The notes beneath the pieces were generated by a model. It did no database searches. It had not been told where the DNA came from and saw only the letters and a list, made by a program, of their open reading frames with translations. The position numbers and the translations under genes were made by a program. Positions 11,736-64,000 of a stretch of DNA of 64,000 nucleotides are shown one piece after another (position 1 is the first letter of the stretch; every line of letters begins with the position of its first letter). The stretch comes from Macrostomum lignano (Eukaryota), in NCBI GenBank assembly GCA_002269645.1, contig NIVC01000532.1:1-64000 (forward strand). The letters run 5' to 3'.

Positions 11736-12892
11736 ACTAGATGCTTGAATTAATATAGACTAGGCGACTGCAACGCTCTTTAAGAATTTTACTCTTTTAA
11801 ATCGTTGAACCAAACGTTTCTACTAAACGATCTTGCTACGAGCGTATTGAGTATTTTACAATCAAGAAAGGCTGTTCAAACAAAAAAACTAACTTATACT
11901 GCGCTTTTTAAGCACTACAATACTGTATAATCTAGATAGCAGCGCCATCTGCTCGTTGTTTTTTGTGTCTGTTAAATGAAAGGCGTCTTATTTTTGTTTT
12001 ACTTTCCATAAAAAACTTATATTTTCAGTGCGAGTAACCCATCAATGATAAAACCGATTTAACAAAAAATCAAGCTTTTGACTTTCTGCTTTGCCCAACT
12101 GATTGAGTGCACGAAAACGGGTTGCAAATACTGTACGAGGCGGTACTCAGGACTCCATTAATTTCTGGTGGAGAATTATGCATAAGCCACAGACTCTCCG
12201 CTTTCTGAATTACTTTCTGATTTATAAATTATTAATTAGTTAGTAGACCTACTCGGTGCTTTCGTTTCGCCATTTCTAGTAGATATCAATAATCTGAAGA
12301 CTAATTTAATATTTAGGTAAATGCAGCTATGCCAGATGTTTCAGTTTTCCTCTAAATATTGAAACTTCTAATTTGCTTCTATGTGAGACAGTTTGAACTC
12401 TGGCTAGGGCAGCAGTTTTATTGTGCACACATTGCCCCTGTCAGGACTCTGCGCACATCCACATAAAATGCCGACGTAGCAACTTTTACTGAATAAGGAA
12501 ACGCGATGACTCATCAGTTAGGATGGCTAGCGGAGATGGCGGTTTAGAGAGAGGAGAACCTGGAGGACGCCTCTTCACAACTACAATGAGCACGGGTAGG
12601 ACTCAGCAGGGCCTCGCCCTTGTCTTCTCTGCTCCCTTATCATTCAGGAGCAGGTAATCTATGGAGTGACCAGTGCATAATTAACGAATCTGATCGCCGA
12701 TGAATATTTAATGAGCTTCAGTGCGGTTAAGACAGCCGGATCCAGATTGTCAAAGCTTCCTGAATCGCTGGATACTCATCCACTCTTCTCTGCATCTGAA
12801 AACGCCTCAACAACCAAAGGAAGCTGCACATCAACGATTTCTAAAATTGCCATATCAGCAGACAAACTTTCGCTGCTTTTGTGGCAATCGAA

Positions 12893-63576
<50,684 letters not shown>

Positions 63577-63649
63577 GTGAGTGACTGCCGCTTGCTCGTG
63601 CTGTCGATAACTGGGTTTTTATGATGACTACCGTCTTTTGTCATGGATT

Positions 63650-64000
63650 GATAGTGAAGGGAATCCCCGTCGGTAAGGGTTGGCAGTGAAGGGAATCCCG
63701 TCGTTAGGATTGGCAGTGGAGGGAATCCCCGTCGTTAAGGATTGGCAGTGAAGGGAATCCCCATCGTTAAGGATTGGCAGTGAAGGGAATCCCCATCGTT
63801 AAGGATTGGCAGTGGAGGGAATCCCCGTCGTTAAGGATTGGCAGTGGAGGGAATCCCCGTCGTTAAGGATTGGCAGTGGAGGGAATCCCCGTCGTTAAGG
63901 ATTGGCAGTGAAGGGAATCCCCATCGTTAAGGATTGGCAGTGGAGGGAATCCCCGTCGTTAAGGATTGGCAGTGGAGGGAATCCCCGTCGTTAGGATTGG
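63650..64000. repeat. 32-bp minisatellite running off the window edge
   Basis: Unit gtg(a/g)agggaatccccgtcgttaaggattggca. Confidence 0.96.

Overview
Eukaryotic, intron-rich animal genomic DNA (small GT-AG introns, abundant mini/microsatellites; style resembles an invertebrate such as the flatworm Macrostomum, which is inference only). From left to right: a Penelope-like (Neptune-type) retroelement on the minus strand (SGNH-like domain, RT, Cys linker, GIY-YIG) with two hammerhead-ribozyme motifs on its 3' side; a spliced, frameshifted THAP/P-element-like relic; a DEG/ENaC channel gene (+); and, from 12893 to past the right edge, a giant ADGRV1 (VLGR1/GPR98) orthologue (about 35 Calx-beta repeats, LamG/pentraxin domain, EAR repeats; GAIN/7TM not reached in the window). 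Two complete genes are nested in ADGRV1 introns: an antisense 7-exon NIT-domain-like membrane guanylyl cyclase lacking its first metal-binding Asp, and an intronless same-strand TTLL12. Introns carry many unrelated minisatellites, one of which is an array of RFX X-box motifs. No CRISPR, rRNA or true tRNA genes were found. Coordinates were counted by hand and may be off by a few bases; no database searches were run.
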